Shown here piece by piece: positions 43,912-54,314 of a DNA stretch of 64,000 bases. Source of the stretch: an uncultured Chloroflexia bacterium (GTDB lineage Bacteria > Chloroflexota > Dehalococcoidia > DSTF01 > JALHUB01). The stretch spans positions 192,001 to 256,000 of the forward strand of contig CAVSBT010000015.1 in NCBI GenBank assembly GCA_963726245.1, given 5' to 3'. A program made the position numbers and the translations under genes. The notes under the pieces are model-generated. The model saw nothing but the letters and a program-made list of their open reading frames with translations, was not told the DNA's origin and did not search any database. The first letter of the stretch is position 1. The number at the start of each line of letters is the position of its first letter.

Positions 43912-45258
43912 CTACAGCCTCCCCAGGAAGCGGCCGGGGTTCAGGGTGCCGTGCGGGTCGAACTGCTCCTTCAGGCGACGCATGAGGGCGAAGTCGGCGC
44001 GTGGGCGGCCCCAGACGTCGACGTGGCGCTTGAGCTCGACCCCGCAGCCCTCGACAACGGCAGCGCCGCCCAGGGTCGCCGCCGACTCGCTGAGGGCGGT
44101 GAGCAGGCCCCGGCCGCGCTCTCCGCCCAGGCCCGGCCCCTGCCAGCGGGTGAAGACGCAGCCCGCGCCCACGTGGGCGGCCAGGGCGGGCGCCAGGCCC
44201 GTCTTCGCCGCCAGGGCGGCCGTGCGCTCGATCCAGGGCAGCATCCGCCGCGGCGACAGGAGAGCCTTCACCAGGAGAACGTTGTCCTCCAGGGCGGGGC
44301 GAGCGAGGGCTCGCAGCGCCTCCCACACCTCGGCGGCGCCGCCGGGCCGCATGGCTCCGGCGGCGAGACCGTGGTCGCCGGCGAGGCTGTCAAGGTCCCG
44401 CAGCGAGCGCTCCACCGCCGCCCGCGTGCCGGCGGCTTGGGCCAGCACGGCGTAGCCCCGGCTGTCCAGCGCCGCCGCGGCCAGGGGGCCGTCGGGACCC
44501 AGCGGGCCGGCCACAGTCAAGGCTCCCAGACGCAGCCCGCGAGTGTCAGCATCCAGGGCCAGGCGGACCGCTTCCGCGGAAGATGGGCAGACCACAGCCC
44601 AGGTCTCCTCCAGCGCGGGCAGCGGCGTTACCTTGAGAGAGGCCTCCACGATGACCCCCAGGGTGCCCAGCGACCCCAGGTAGAGCTTGGTCATGTCGTA
44701 GCCAGCGACGTTCTTCACCACGCGGCCGCCGGCTTTGGTGGCCCGACCGTCGGCGTGGACGACGCGGACGCCCAGCACCCAGTCGCGCGTGGGACCGTAG
44801 GCGTGGCGCCGGGGGCCGAAGACGCCGGTGGCGAGCGCGCCGCCGAGCGTGGCCTCATCGGGCGCGTCCAGCGGCAGTAACTGGCCGTGACGCTTAAGCT
44901 CGCGGGCGAGCGCGGCCATGGTGATGCCGGCCTGCGCCGTGAAGGTGAGGTCGGCCGGCTCGTACTCCAGGATGCGGTCCAGCCGGCGCGTGACCAGGGC
45001 AAGGTCGTAGGCGCGGGGCAGGTTGCCCACCGCCATGGCGGTGCCACCGCCCCAGGGCACCACCACCGCCCGCTGCCCGCAGGCCGCCGCCAGAACCGCC
45101 GACACCTCGTCGACGCTTTGGGGCAGGACGGCGGCGACGGGACGCAAGCCATCTACCTCGTATCCCCCGGCGTCTTCGCCCGTCAGAACCTGCTCTTTGG
45201 GAAGGGTGGAGGTCAGGGAATCGAGGAGGGCGGCGGTCCCTATAGGAGACATGGTCAC
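43912..45258 (-). CDS. glcE: Glycolate oxidase FAD subunit, GlcE-like
   Basis: YEPADLT, GGRVVKNVAGYDMTKL, GSLGTLG, FDPHGTLNPGR. Confidence 0.85.
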   Translation of the reverse strand: MTMSPIGTAALLDSLTSTLPKEQVLTGEDAGGYEVDGLRPVAAVLPQSVDEVSAVLAAACGQRAVVVPWGGGTAMAVGNLPRAYDLALVTRRLDRILEYEPADLTFTAQAGITMAALARELKRHGQLLPLDAPDEATLGGALATGVFGPRRHAYGPTRDWVLGVRVVHADGRATKAGGRVVKNVAGYDMTKLYLGSLGTLGVIVEASLKVTPLPALEETWAVVCPSSAEAVRLALDADTRGLRLGALTVAGPLGPDGPLAAAALDSRGYAVLAQAAGTRAAVERSLRDLDSLAGDHGLAAGAMRPGGAAEVWEALRALARPALEDNVLLVKALLSPRRMLPWIERTAALAAKTGLAPALAAHVGAGCVFTRWQGPGLGGERGRGLLTALSESAATLGGAAVVEGCGVELKRHVDVWGRPRADFALMRRLKEQFDPHGTLNPGRFLGRL

Positions 45259-46737
45259 ACGGAGGCGTCGGGGCCCATGCTGCGCATGACCTGCTCTTGG
45301 CTCACGCCGCCGGGGCCCTCGGCCGCGGGGAATATCTTGCCCGGATTGAGGAGCTCGTCGGCGCCAAAGACGGCCTTCAGTCGCTGCATGGCCCCCAGGT
45401 CATCGTCCGAGAAGAGCCAGGGCATGTACCGGCGCTTCTCCAGCCCAACACCGTGCTCGCCGGTGATCGTGCCGCCGACGTCCACACAGATGCGCGTGAT
45501 CTCGCTGGCCGCCTCCAGCACGCGCTGGATCTCCCCTGGCTGGCGGGCGTCGAAGAGGATATTGGGGTGCAGATTGCCGTCGCCTGCGTGGAAGACGTTG
45601 GCGATGTGGAAGTCGTACTTCTGGCCGACTGTCGCGACGCGTCGGAGCACCTCGGGCAGGCGCGTGCGCGGCACGGTGCCGTCCACGACGTGCCAGTTGG
45701 GCGTCAGACGCCCCAGGGCGCTGATAGCCCCCTTTCGACCGGCCCAGAGTCGCTCGCGCTCGGCGCTGTCCTCGGCCACGCGCACCTCGCGGGCGCCTTG
45801 AGCCTGGCATACCCGCTTCACCGCCTCGCCCTCTTCGGCCACCGCCTCACGCAGGCCCTCCAGCTCGATGAGGAGGACGGCTTCGGCGTCCATCGGGTAG
45901 CCGACGTGGAGGGCGGGCTCTACAGCCTGGATGATCTCCCGGTCGATCATCTCCAGGGCGGCGGGCACGAAGCCCTGGCCGATGATGGCGGAGACGGCGT
46001 TGCTGGCCTGGTCCATCTCGTCGAAGATGGCGAGGAGGGTGAAAACGGCCTCCGGCAGGCGGAGCAGGCGCACCAGGGCCTTGGTGACGATTGCGAGGGT
46101 GCCCTCGGAGCCGATGACGGCGCCTGTGAGGTCATATCCCGGCAGGTCGCGGATGCGCCCTCCCACCCAGACAATCTCGCCGTCGGCCAGCACGAGCTCC
46201 AGGCCGAGGACGTGGTTGGTGGTGACGCCGTAGGCCAGGCAGTGGGGCCCGCCGGCGTTCTCGGCCACGTTGCCGCCCACCGTGCAGGCCCGCTGACTGC
46301 TCGGGTCGGGCGCGAAGTAGAGGCCGTAGTGCTGCACCGCCCGGCTCAGCTCGAGGTTGACGACTCCCGCCTCGACCAGGGCTGTGCCCTCCTGGTGGTC
46401 CACCTCCAGGATGCGCTTCATGCGCGTTAGCACCAGCACGACACCGCCCATCTCGGCGATGGCGCCGCCGCTCAGGCCCGTGCCCGGCTCCTCGGGGGGT
46501 TACCGGCAGACCGTGGCGACGCGCCAGCTTGACCACCTCCGACACCTGCTCCGCCGTCTCGGGGAGCACCACAACCTGAGGCAGAGAGCGGTCGACGGCG
46601 GCGTCGTACTCGAAGATGAGGAGGTCGGCGGGGTCGTGGAGGACGTACTCGCGGCCCACGATGGCTGTGAGCTCACGCAGGATATGCTTGTCGAAGGCTG
46701 CTGCCACTCTCGTGCGGTTCGCTACGCGCTCCGACAT
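45255..46737 (-). CDS. glcD: Glycolate oxidase FAD subunit, GlcD-like (frameshift near 46490)
   Basis: APDPSS, GGNVAENAGGPHC, HAGDGNLHP, GEHGVGLEK. Confidence 0.9.
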
Positions 46738-46754
46738 CTGCCGTTTGACCACCT

Positions 46755-47042
46755 CTAGGGTGCTTCCAGGGGGATCTCCAATCCGCAGTGGGGGCAGAAA
46801 CGGCCCCCGGAAGGGGGCAGTGGATTGCCGCAGCGCGGGCAGCTCGTCGCCAGCCTCTCGCCGCAGTGGGCGCAGTACTGCCAGTCCTGGGGCACCTCCG
46901 ACTGGCAGGCCTGGCACTCGCGGACGAACTGCTGGAACACCTCCAGGGCGTGTTGGTAGCGGGCCTCGTCGCGCGCGGCGGGCCGCCTCGCCGTTCGCCG
47001 CTTGGGGGAGGGCGCCCGAGCCCGCCTCGATGGCTGCGTCAT
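46755..47042 (-). CDS. Double zinc-ribbon small protein
   Basis: Four CxxC motifs (CQAC, CAHC, CPRC, CPHC). Confidence 0.75.
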   Translation of the reverse strand: MTQPSRRARAPSPKRRTARRPAARDEARYQHALEVFQQFVRECQACQSEVPQDWQYCAHCGERLATSCPRCGNPLPPSGGRFCPHCGLEIPLEAP

Positions 47043-47141
47043 GGCTCCTCCTGACTCGCGCTCATGATATCACGTCGTGATAGAGAATTGGGGAAAAGGA
47101 AGACCGCCCTTATCGGGCGGCCGCGATTTGGAGGACGGAGG

Positions 47142-48008
47142 CTAGGCGAAACGCTTCAGGTAGGCCTCCAGGTTGAACTCGCTCACCTCCTCCACGAACT
47201 CCCGCGAGCGCTGATCGAACGGCTCTCTGGACTCGTCGCGGTAGAAGAGGCCGAGGTGCACGCGCTCTTCGGTAAGGGCCAGGTGAAGCGCTGCCGCCAG
47301 GTCCGAGGTATCGTGCCCGGGCGGCATCTCGTCCACTGCCTCGTCGTAGTGGTTGTAGGTGTTGTGGAACTCGGTGCAGGGGCTCTGGACGTGGATGAAC
47401 GAGAAGCCGTGGTGCCGGATACCCTGCACAATGAGCTCAGACATCTCCTGTGGCCGGGCCGAGTAGCCGCGGCCGACGAAGGTGGCGCCGTAGGACAGCG
47501 CCAGCATCACGGGCTTGAATGGCCTGGCGATTGAGCCGAAGGGCGTCGACTTGGAGATGTGCCCTGTCGCCGACGTGGGCGAGGCCTGGGCCTTGGTGAG
47601 GCCGTAGGTCTGGTTGTCCATCATGATGACGGTGATGTCCACGTTGCGGGCCGCCGCGTGCGGCAGGTGTCCGGCGCCGATGCTCATGAGGTCGCCGTCG
47701 CCGCCCATTGCCAGCACCGTCAGCGCCGGGTTGGCCAGCTTGACGCCGGTGGCGATGGGCAGAGGCCGGCCGTGGACTCCGTGGATGCCGTAGGTGCGCA
47801 TGAAGTAGGGGGTGCGGCTGGAGCAGCCGATCCCCGACACCACGACAACCTCGTGCGGCTTCAGTTGAAGCGTGGTCAGGGCCTTGTAGGTGGCGCTGAG
47901 CACGCCGAAGTCGCCGCAGCCGGGGCACCACACCGGCTTGACACCGCTCTTGTAGTCTTTGACCTCCAGCAGGACGTCCTGCTCTTCGAGGGCTGTATCA
48001 ATGGTCAT
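47142..48008 (-). CDS. korB: 2-oxoacid:ferredoxin oxidoreductase beta subunit
   Basis: WCPGCGDF, SGIGCS, HGRPLP, GGDGD, YGLTKAQASPT. Confidence 0.9.
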   Translation of the reverse strand: MTIDTALEEQDVLLEVKDYKSGVKPVWCPGCGDFGVLSATYKALTTLQLKPHEVVVVSGIGCSSRTPYFMRTYGIHGVHGRPLPIATGVKLANPALTVLAMGGDGDLMSIGAGHLPHAAARNVDITVIMMDNQTYGLTKAQASPTSATGHISKSTPFGSIARPFKPVMLALSYGATFVGRGYSARPQEMSELIVQGIRHHGFSFIHVQSPCTEFHNTYNHYDEAVDEMPPGHDTSDLAAALHLALTEERVHLGLFYRDESREPFDQRSREFVEEVSEFNLEAYLKRFA

Positions 48009-49722
48009 GATTGAGAACCTCTTCGACCTTGCGGAAGATCTCCCCCGGCATGAAGGGGAGGCCGCCGTACTTGTTGAGGGGTATGGGCTTGAATCCGAAG
48101 GTGGCCGCCAGGTGATGGGCCATCTGCCCCTGGTAGTTCACCTCGGGCACGATGACGTGCTCCACCGAGTCGATGAAGGCCCCCAGTTCCTTTTCTGGCA
48201 GCGGATTAAGAACCCGCGGGTGCAAGGCAGCCACCTCGTAGCCGGCCGCCAGCGCCCGGTCGACGGCCTCGCGGATGGCGCCCTCTGTGGCGCCCCAGCC
48301 GATGATGCCGACCTTCGGGTTGTCGGAGCCGTAGCGGGGTACGGGCCCCAGCTCAGACTGGAGAGTCGTCAGCTTCCGGAAGCGCTTCTGGGTCATCAGC
48401 TCGTGGACAGCGGGCTCCTGGCTCGGGTGGCCCGACTCGCCGTGCTCCAGGCCCGGCGCCACGTAGGCGCCCTCGACATCCATCCCTGGCAGAGCCACGG
48501 GGGAGACGCCGCTCTCCGTTTCCCGGAAGCGCCAATAGGGCTCCGGGTCGCCCCCCTGAGGTCGCGCCCGGTCGACCACGGTGAGCGGACTTAGGTCGGG
48601 CATCTGGAGGGACTCAGTGCGATGGGACAGCGACTGGTCGGAGAGGAAGATGACCGGCATCTGGTACTGCTCCGCCATGTTGAAGGCATCCACGATCTCG
48701 AAGAGGCAGTCTTGGACCGAGCCCGGCGCTACGACGATGCGGGGGAAGTCGCCGTGGCCGGCGAACAGTGCATGGTACAGGTCGCCCTGCTCCAGCTTGG
48801 TCGGCATGCCCGTGCTGGGGCCGGCCCGCTGGGCATCCACGATGACGACGGGGATCTCGGCCATGGAGGCAAGACCCATCAGCTCCGTCATCAAAGAGAA
48901 GCCGGGCCCGGAGGTAGCGGTCATCGCCTTCGTGCCCGTGAACGATGCCCCCAGGCAAGAGGCCAGGGATGCCATCTCATCCTCGCCCTGAAGGAAGATC
49001 CCTCCAAGCTTGGGTAGCTCCCGGGCCATCGTCTCCAGGATCTCGGAGGCGGGTGTGATGGGGTAGCCGGCGTAAAAGCGACAGCCCGCGTGCAGCGCGC
49101 CGGCCACGATGGCATCGTTGCCGCTCATGACCAACCGGCTTACATTGTCGCTGGTCCCCAGGTAGTATCCGTCTTCCTTGCGGATCTGCCGCGTGTACTC
49201 GTAGCCGTATTGGAGGGCCTCCAGGTTCTTGGAAAGCAGCTCGGCGCGGCGCTTGAGGCGGCCGCGCACCAGGTCTTCCAGAGAGGCGGGGTCCAGGCCG
49301 AAGAGGCCTGCCATGATCCCCAGCGTCAGTACGTTCTTGCCCCGCTGGAAGTCCAGCTTCTCGCGGGCGATGCGCTGAAGGGGCACCGGGTACCTGATGC
49401 GGCCGTTGGTCTCGCCAACGTCAACACGGTCCGGGTCGTAGATGACCACTCCGTGCTCGTTGACGTCCCCGATGTGCCTTTGATAGGCCTCGTTGTCGAA
49501 GGCGATGAGGACATCGACGCCGTCCCCAATCGAGAGGACCGGCTTCTCGCTGACGCGGATCTGGTACCAGGCGTGTCCGCCCTTGATCTCGGCCGGGTAG
49601 GTGCGGAAGGTAAAGACGTGGAATCCGGTGCGGGCAGCGCCGCTGGTGAACATGTCGCCGGCGCTGATGACGCCTTCGCCACCCTCGCCGCCGATCCTGA
49701 TGATGATATCGTTCTTAGCCAT
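47998..49722 (-). CDS. korA: 2-oxoacid:ferredoxin oxidoreductase alpha(gamma) subunit
   Basis: GGEGGEGV, AEIKGG, YPITPASE, TSGPG, QRAGPSTGMPT. Confidence 0.9.
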   Translation of the reverse strand: MAKNDIIIRIGGEGGEGVISAGDMFTSGAARTGFHVFTFRTYPAEIKGGHAWYQIRVSEKPVLSIGDGVDVLIAFDNEAYQRHIGDVNEHGVVIYDPDRVDVGETNGRIRYPVPLQRIAREKLDFQRGKNVLTLGIMAGLFGLDPASLEDLVRGRLKRRAELLSKNLEALQYGYEYTRQIRKEDGYYLGTSDNVSRLVMSGNDAIVAGALHAGCRFYAGYPITPASEILETMARELPKLGGIFLQGEDEMASLASCLGASFTGTKAMTATSGPGFSLMTELMGLASMAEIPVVIVDAQRAGPSTGMPTKLEQGDLYHALFAGHGDFPRIVVAPGSVQDCLFEIVDAFNMAEQYQMPVIFLSDQSLSHRTESLQMPDLSPLTVVDRARPQGGDPEPYWRFRETESGVSPVALPGMDVEGAYVAPGLEHGESGHPSQEPAVHELMTQKRFRKLTTLQSELGPVPRYGSDNPKVGIIGWGATEGAIREAVDRALAAGYEVAALHPRVLNPLPEKELGAFIDSVEHVIVPEVNYQGQMAHHLAATFGFKPIPLNKYGGLPFMPGEIFRKVEEVLNHDH

Positions 49723-50000
49723 TCTAGGCTCTTCGCTCAGAAGTATCGGCGTCTCCGCCGGGAAGCTTTAGCAGCAACAAAGCTTCTTTATTCAATTCTA
49801 CCACCAAGGCCAAGTGATGGTAAGTGTGAAGCAGGCTCCACGCGGCCCCACAGAAGAAGGGCACACTTCAATTCTAGCACGTTCGGCGTCCGGTTCCCAC
49901 GTTGACGGCGGGTCTGGGACGGTATACTAGATAGTAGGCCGTCGAAAGAGGTATCGCAGAGCAAGGCAAGATACGGCGCTGGCAGGGAAGGAGACTCGAC

Positions 50001-50240
50001 ATGGCCATCAAAGCGTACGTTTTGGTCGTGGTTGACCCCGGACAGACGAAGAAGGTGTTCCAGGCCATCAAGTCCATCCCGGAAGTGGCGGAATGCCACG
50101 AGGTGATGGGCCCCTACGACATAGTCGTCGAGCTGAAGGTGGAGAGTCTTACAGAGGTTGCGCCCGTCTTAGGCCAGCGCCTGCGCACCATACCCGGCAT
50201 CGAGAGCACCACGTCCCTGGTGACGTTCCCCGAACCGTAG
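50001..50240 (+). CDS. Stand-alone Lrp/AsnC ligand-binding (RAM) domain protein
   Basis: AYVLV...VMGPYDIVV...IPGIESTTSL; no HTH. Confidence 0.85.
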   Translation: MAIKAYVLVVVDPGQTKKVFQAIKSIPEVAECHEVMGPYDIVVELKVESLTEVAPVLGQRLRTIPGIESTTSLVTFPEP

Positions 50241-50244
50241 CACC

Positions 50245-50310
50245 TTAGAACCTGGAACCTTGGAACCGCTCACCAAGACTGGTCCAAAGGTCCCAAGGTT
50301 CCACTGTTCC
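50245..50310. repeat. Short tandem repeats in inverted arrangement between convergent genes
   Basis: gaacct/ggaacc repeats facing ggtcc/ggttcc repeats. Confidence 0.45.
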
Positions 50311-50312
50311 AC

Positions 50313-51686
50313 CTAGACCAGGCCTTCGCGGCGCATGGCGGCGAGCGTCTCGTCGAAGGCGGCGAGCGTCGCCTCCACGTCTTGCTCGCTGTGCACGGCC
50401 GAGACCAGCCCGCCGTTGCGCATGAGGTCCACGCCGCAGTTGAGCATCCCTCGCTTCAGCGCTTCGAGCCGTTCACGGGACATGCCGGGCACGGTCGAAC
50501 CGGGGGCGCCTTGCCAGTGCCAGAGGAAGCCATCCTCGGGCGGCGGCACCTCCTGGCCCATGGTGATGTGCAACATCGAGGAGAACCCGTAGGCGCAGCC
50601 CGGCACGCCGGCCCGGCGCATGACCGCGTTCATCCCCTGGCAGAGACGTCGACAGAGGCCTGCGGCCTGCTCCTGGGCCCGGCCGTCGGCTATGAGGGAG
50701 AGGCAGGCGGCGCCGGCGGCCGCCGAGAGGGGGTTGGCGTTGAAGGTGCCTGGGTGTGAGATGCGCCGCTTCAAGTTCCAATCGTCTTCGCCGAAGCCCA
50801 GGAGGGAGAGGACCTCGCGCCGGCCGACGACAGCGCCGCCGGGAAGCCCGCCCGCCAGGACCTTCGCCAGGCATGTGATGTCCGGCAGGACGCCGAAAAG
50901 AGCCTGAGCGCCGCCGGGCGCCACCCGGAAGCCGGTAACCACCTCGTCGAAGATCAGGAGGGCGCCGGTGCTCTCGGTCACGCGGCGGGCTTCGGCCAGG
51001 AAGGCGGGCTCCAGGGGCACGGTGCCGTACGAGGCGCCCGTCGGCTCGATGATGACGGCGGCGATGTCGTCGTGCTCCTCGAGGGCATGGCGTAGTGCCT
51101 CGACGTCGTGCTGGGGCACGAGCACCTGGTTCTGGAGGGCCGACAGGGGAATGCCCACCGCCTCCGGCGTGGCCTCGCCGGCGAGGGTGAAGCCCACCAC
51201 GCTGTCGTTCCAGCCGTGGAAATGGCCCTGGAAACGAACCAGCTTCTGGCGGCCGGTGTAGGCGCGGGCCAGGCGCACGGCCATCATCGTCGCCTCGGTG
51301 CCCGAGCTGGTGAAGCGCACCAGCTGAGCCGACGGCACCAGGCGCTGCACCCACTCCGCCCAGCGTATCTCCATCTCATGGCAGGCGCCGTAGTGGGTGC
51401 CCTTGGCGAGCTGCTCGGCGACGGCGCGCGTGACATCCGGGTGGGCGTGGCCGAGGAGGAGGGCGCCGTGGCCCATCACGTAGTCGATGATCTCGTGGCC
51501 GTCCACGTCCCACTTGCGGGAGCCGGCGGCGCGCTCGACATAAATCGGGAAGGGGCCGAGGTGGCGGACGTCATGGGTGACGCCGTTGGGGAAGAAGCGC
51601 AGAGCCTCGGCGTGCAGGGCCGCCGACCGCGGGTGCAACTGCCGGTAGCGCTCGAGGATAGTGGTCACGTGTCCCTGCGCCTCCAT
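50313..51686 (-). CDS. Class III PLP aminotransferase, HemL (GSA aminomutase)-like
   Basis: DYVMGHGALLLGH, SSGTEATM, FDEVVTGFR, AKVLAGGLP, GTFNANP. Confidence 0.85.
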   Translation of the reverse strand: MEAQGHVTTILERYRQLHPRSAALHAEALRFFPNGVTHDVRHLGPFPIYVERAAGSRKWDVDGHEIIDYVMGHGALLLGHAHPDVTRAVAEQLAKGTHYGACHEMEIRWAEWVQRLVPSAQLVRFTSSGTEATMMAVRLARAYTGRQKLVRFQGHFHGWNDSVVGFTLAGEATPEAVGIPLSALQNQVLVPQHDVEALRHALEEHDDIAAVIIEPTGASYGTVPLEPAFLAEARRVTESTGALLIFDEVVTGFRVAPGGAQALFGVLPDITCLAKVLAGGLPGGAVVGRREVLSLLGFGEDDWNLKRRISHPGTFNANPLSAAAGAACLSLIADGRAQEQAAGLCRRLCQGMNAVMRRAGVPGCAYGFSSMLHITMGQEVPPPEDGFLWHWQGAPGSTVPGMSRERLEALKRGMLNCGVDLMRNGGLVSAVHSEQDVEATLAAFDETLAAMRREGLV

Positions 51687-51711
51687 CTTCGGGGCAGGCG
51701 AGGCGGCCCCG

Positions 51712-52725
51712 TCAGCTTTGGACCCGACGGGCGTAGAGCAGGGGAAGGTCCGCCATCGTGAGGAGCCCCGGCGGCGCTGCCACTACTACGGCCGGGATGG
51801 CGTTAGCCACGACGGCCGCCGTCGCCAGGTCTCCCTGGATGCCTCCCTCGATCACCATGTGCACCGGCGGCCGCCCCTCAATGAGGACTTCGTCGCGGGG
51901 CCGGGCCGCCCCCGCCGACATCTCCAGCTCCAGGCGCAGCGCCTCGCGACCGTTGCGGAGGCCGCTGACCACCTGGTGAATGCCGGCCACCTGGCCCCTC
52001 TCCAGGCGCAACTCGCCGGCCTGGCGCGGGTCGGTGCAGACCACCGGCTCTAGCACCTCCTGCCACTCCTCCATCGGCCAGGCCAGGGCGTGGGCTACAA
52101 GGCGGGCCGACTCCATGAGCCCCACGTGCCCGAAGCGGCCCGTGGCCTTGCGCCGCTCGAACTCGTCCGGGGTGATGCCCAGCCCTACCTTGCGCTGAAG
52201 CTGAATTCGGCGCGTGCTGACGTCAACCACGCGCCGGATCTCGAGGCGCGACAGCGACTGGCAGGCGGCGCTGACGGCCAGGGCCAGGGTGTCCATGACG
52301 AAGCCCGGGTTGACGCCCGTGCCCACCACCGTCACGCCGGTCGCTTTCGCCCGGGCGTCGATCTGGCTCGATAGGGCGGAGTGACGGTCCCACGGGTAGG
52401 ACAGCTCCTCGCAGGTGGAGAGCACATTCTTGCCCGCGTCCACGGCTGCCAGCAGTTGTGGTGCCACCTCCTCCAGATACGAGCCCGTCGTGTGGACGAC
52501 CACGTCCGCCGGCAGAGCGAGAGCGGCCTCGGCGTCGACGGTGACGGTTATCCCCAGGTCTCTCCCGAGGCCCGCCAGCCGGCCGAGGTCCTGGCCGGCC
52601 TTGTCCGGCGCGCGGTCGATGGCGGCCACGATCTGCACATCGGGATGGCCGGCCAGGGCGCGTGTCACCTCAGCGCCGATGGCGCCGATGCCGTACTGGA
52701 TGACGCGGTAGGTCGATGGCGGCAA
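51712..52725 (-). CDS. NAD(P)-dependent dehydrogenase, 2,4-diaminopentanoate dehydrogenase (Ord)-like
   Basis: QYGIGAIG, STCEELSYP, GTGVNPGF, GGIQGDLATAA. Confidence 0.8.
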   Translation of the reverse strand: MPPSTYRVIQYGIGAIGAEVTRALAGHPDVQIVAAIDRAPDKAGQDLGRLAGLGRDLGITVTVDAEAALALPADVVVHTTGSYLEEVAPQLLAAVDAGKNVLSTCEELSYPWDRHSALSSQIDARAKATGVTVVGTGVNPGFVMDTLALAVSAACQSLSRLEIRRVVDVSTRRIQLQRKVGLGITPDEFERRKATGRFGHVGLMESARLVAHALAWPMEEWQEVLEPVVCTDPRQAGELRLERGQVAGIHQVVSGLRNGREALRLELEMSAGAARPRDEVLIEGRPPVHMVIEGGIQGDLATAAVVANAIPAVVVAAPPGLLTMADLPLLYARRVQS

Positions 52726-52819
52726 AGCCTGTTCCTTCAGATTCCCGAGGCAAATATAGCACAAGCAGCGGCGAGGGTGAGAGCCGGAGAGGCACGGTGT
52801 CGGCGGCGCGCGAGCGGTG

Positions 52820-53440
52820 CTACAGGATGATCACCTGCGCCGCGTCGCCGACCAGGGTGGCGAAGCGCTTGGGGTCGCCGCCGGTGGCGTAGCCGTAGTG
52901 CATGGGGATGACCACCTTCGGCTTCAGGTCGCGCACCAGGGCAGCAGCCTCCGGCTCGTCCATCGTGTAGGTGCCGCCAATGGGAATAAGGGCTACGTCG
53001 ATAGGGCCGAGCTGTGCCATCTCGGGGACACGGCCGGTGTCGCCGGCGTGGTAGACGGTCTTGCCCGCCACGCTGAAGACGAAGCCCACGTTGAAGCCCC
53101 TGGGATGATGGCTGTTGTAGCCGGCCACGGCCCGGATCTCGATGCCTTTCTCGTTGGCGGTCTGGCCTTCCTCCAGGGCCACCACGCGGCCGTGGCCCTC
53201 GAGCCGCGCGGCGCAGGACGCGTTGGCGACGATGACGGTGCCGTCCTTGCTCAGCGCGGCGATGGTCGCCGGATCCAGGTGGTCAAAGTGCTCATGCGTA
53301 ATCAGGATAAGGTCTGCCTTCTCACCCTCCTCTATCTTGTGAGGATCGACGTAGATGACCGTGTCAGGGGTCTTGATGAGGAAGCTGCTCTGGATGAAGC
53401 GCTGGAAGTAAAGGTCGTCGATCGTGGTGGACTGAGCCAT
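52820..53440 (-). CDS. Metallo-beta-lactamase fold hydrolase
   Basis: THEHFDH, YHAGDT, PIGGTYTM, PMHY. Confidence 0.88.
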   Translation of the reverse strand: MAQSTTIDDLYFQRFIQSSFLIKTPDTVIYVDPHKIEEGEKADLILITHEHFDHLDPATIAALSKDGTVIVANASCAARLEGHGRVVALEEGQTANEKGIEIRAVAGYNSHHPRGFNVGFVFSVAGKTVYHAGDTGRVPEMAQLGPIDVALIPIGGTYTMDEPEAAALVRDLKPKVVIPMHYGYATGGDPKRFATLVGDAAQVIIL

Positions 53441-53534
53441 CCCGGCCTCCTTTCTGGGGGGCACAGCCGGACCGCTCGGCCGGAAGGGCCGGCAGGGGCT
53501 AAGTTGACATAACCCCATCGCCGATGCCGGCGGT

Positions 53535-53756
53535 CTAGACGGCTTCGCGGGCAGCGGCGACGCAATCGTAGTGAGTTAGTTCGTCGATGACCTCGGCGTC
53601 CAGATAGTCCTGGGCGGTCTCCTGACCCTCCGGGAAGCGGAGAGCCTGGCGACCGAAGTCAATCACGGTGAGAGGGGCGCCGCAGAGCGAGCAGCGAAAG
53701 AGAGGGGCGCCGCGCTGGTCCCGGACTATGCCTTCGGCCTGATAATCACGGGCCAT
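53535..53756 (-). CDS. Small hypothetical protein with CxxC...HxxC
   Basis: ggagg RBS; CSLC and HYDC. Confidence 0.6.
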   Translation of the reverse strand: MARDYQAEGIVRDQRGAPLFRCSLCGAPLTVIDFGRQALRFPEGQETAQDYLDAEVIDELTHYDCVAAAREAV

Positions 53757-54056
53757 GAGCCGCCTCCAGGGTGCTGGGCGGGCACGATCCCGCCTGTGAC
53801 AAGTGAAAACGAAGGCGGCGTTGACCTGTTACAGTTCAGAATGGCGTAGCGCCGCCTGCCTGTCAAGCGCGTGACGAGCGGAGAAGGCGCCGCGCGCGGC
53901 GGCGGGCGTCAGCCAGCGCGTCGGACTGGGCGCGGGGCGCCGGCGCAGCGAGGAACCCCCGCAGTTCCCGGTCTCGCGCCTGGCTGGCGGAGCGGTTGAA
54001 GGATCGCCTTTGCAGAGCTAACATGGGCCGACAGGCCTTAGCCGAAGGGGGAAGAA

Positions 54057-54314
54057 ATGGCCGAGAAACTGACCATTCAGATCGAGTACTGCGTGCCTTG
54101 AAACTACCTCTTTAGAGCCGCCTGGATGGCGGAGGAGCTTCTTCACGCCTATAGCGACTGGATTCAGAGCCTGACCCTCGTCCCCAGCGGGCGCGGCCGC
54201 TTCGAGGTGACAGTGAACGGCCGGCTCATCTTCTCGAAGGCCGCCGAGGGCCGCTTCCCCGAGCTGAGCGAACTCACGCAGAAACTCCATGCGTTGATGG
54301 ACGCCGAGGCCTAA
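54057..54314 (+). CDS. SelW/SelT/SelH (Rdx) family selenoprotein, in-frame UGA at 54099
   Basis: MAEKLTIQIEYCVP-U-NYLFRAAWMAEELL...GRGRFEVTVNGRLIFSK...RFP; CxxU motif. Confidence 0.88.
54102..54135 (+). promoter_or_regulatory. Candidate bacterial SECIS hairpin
   Basis: ccgcc-tggat-ggcgg stem-loop; loop about 21 nt after the UGA with G in second position. Confidence 0.5.
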
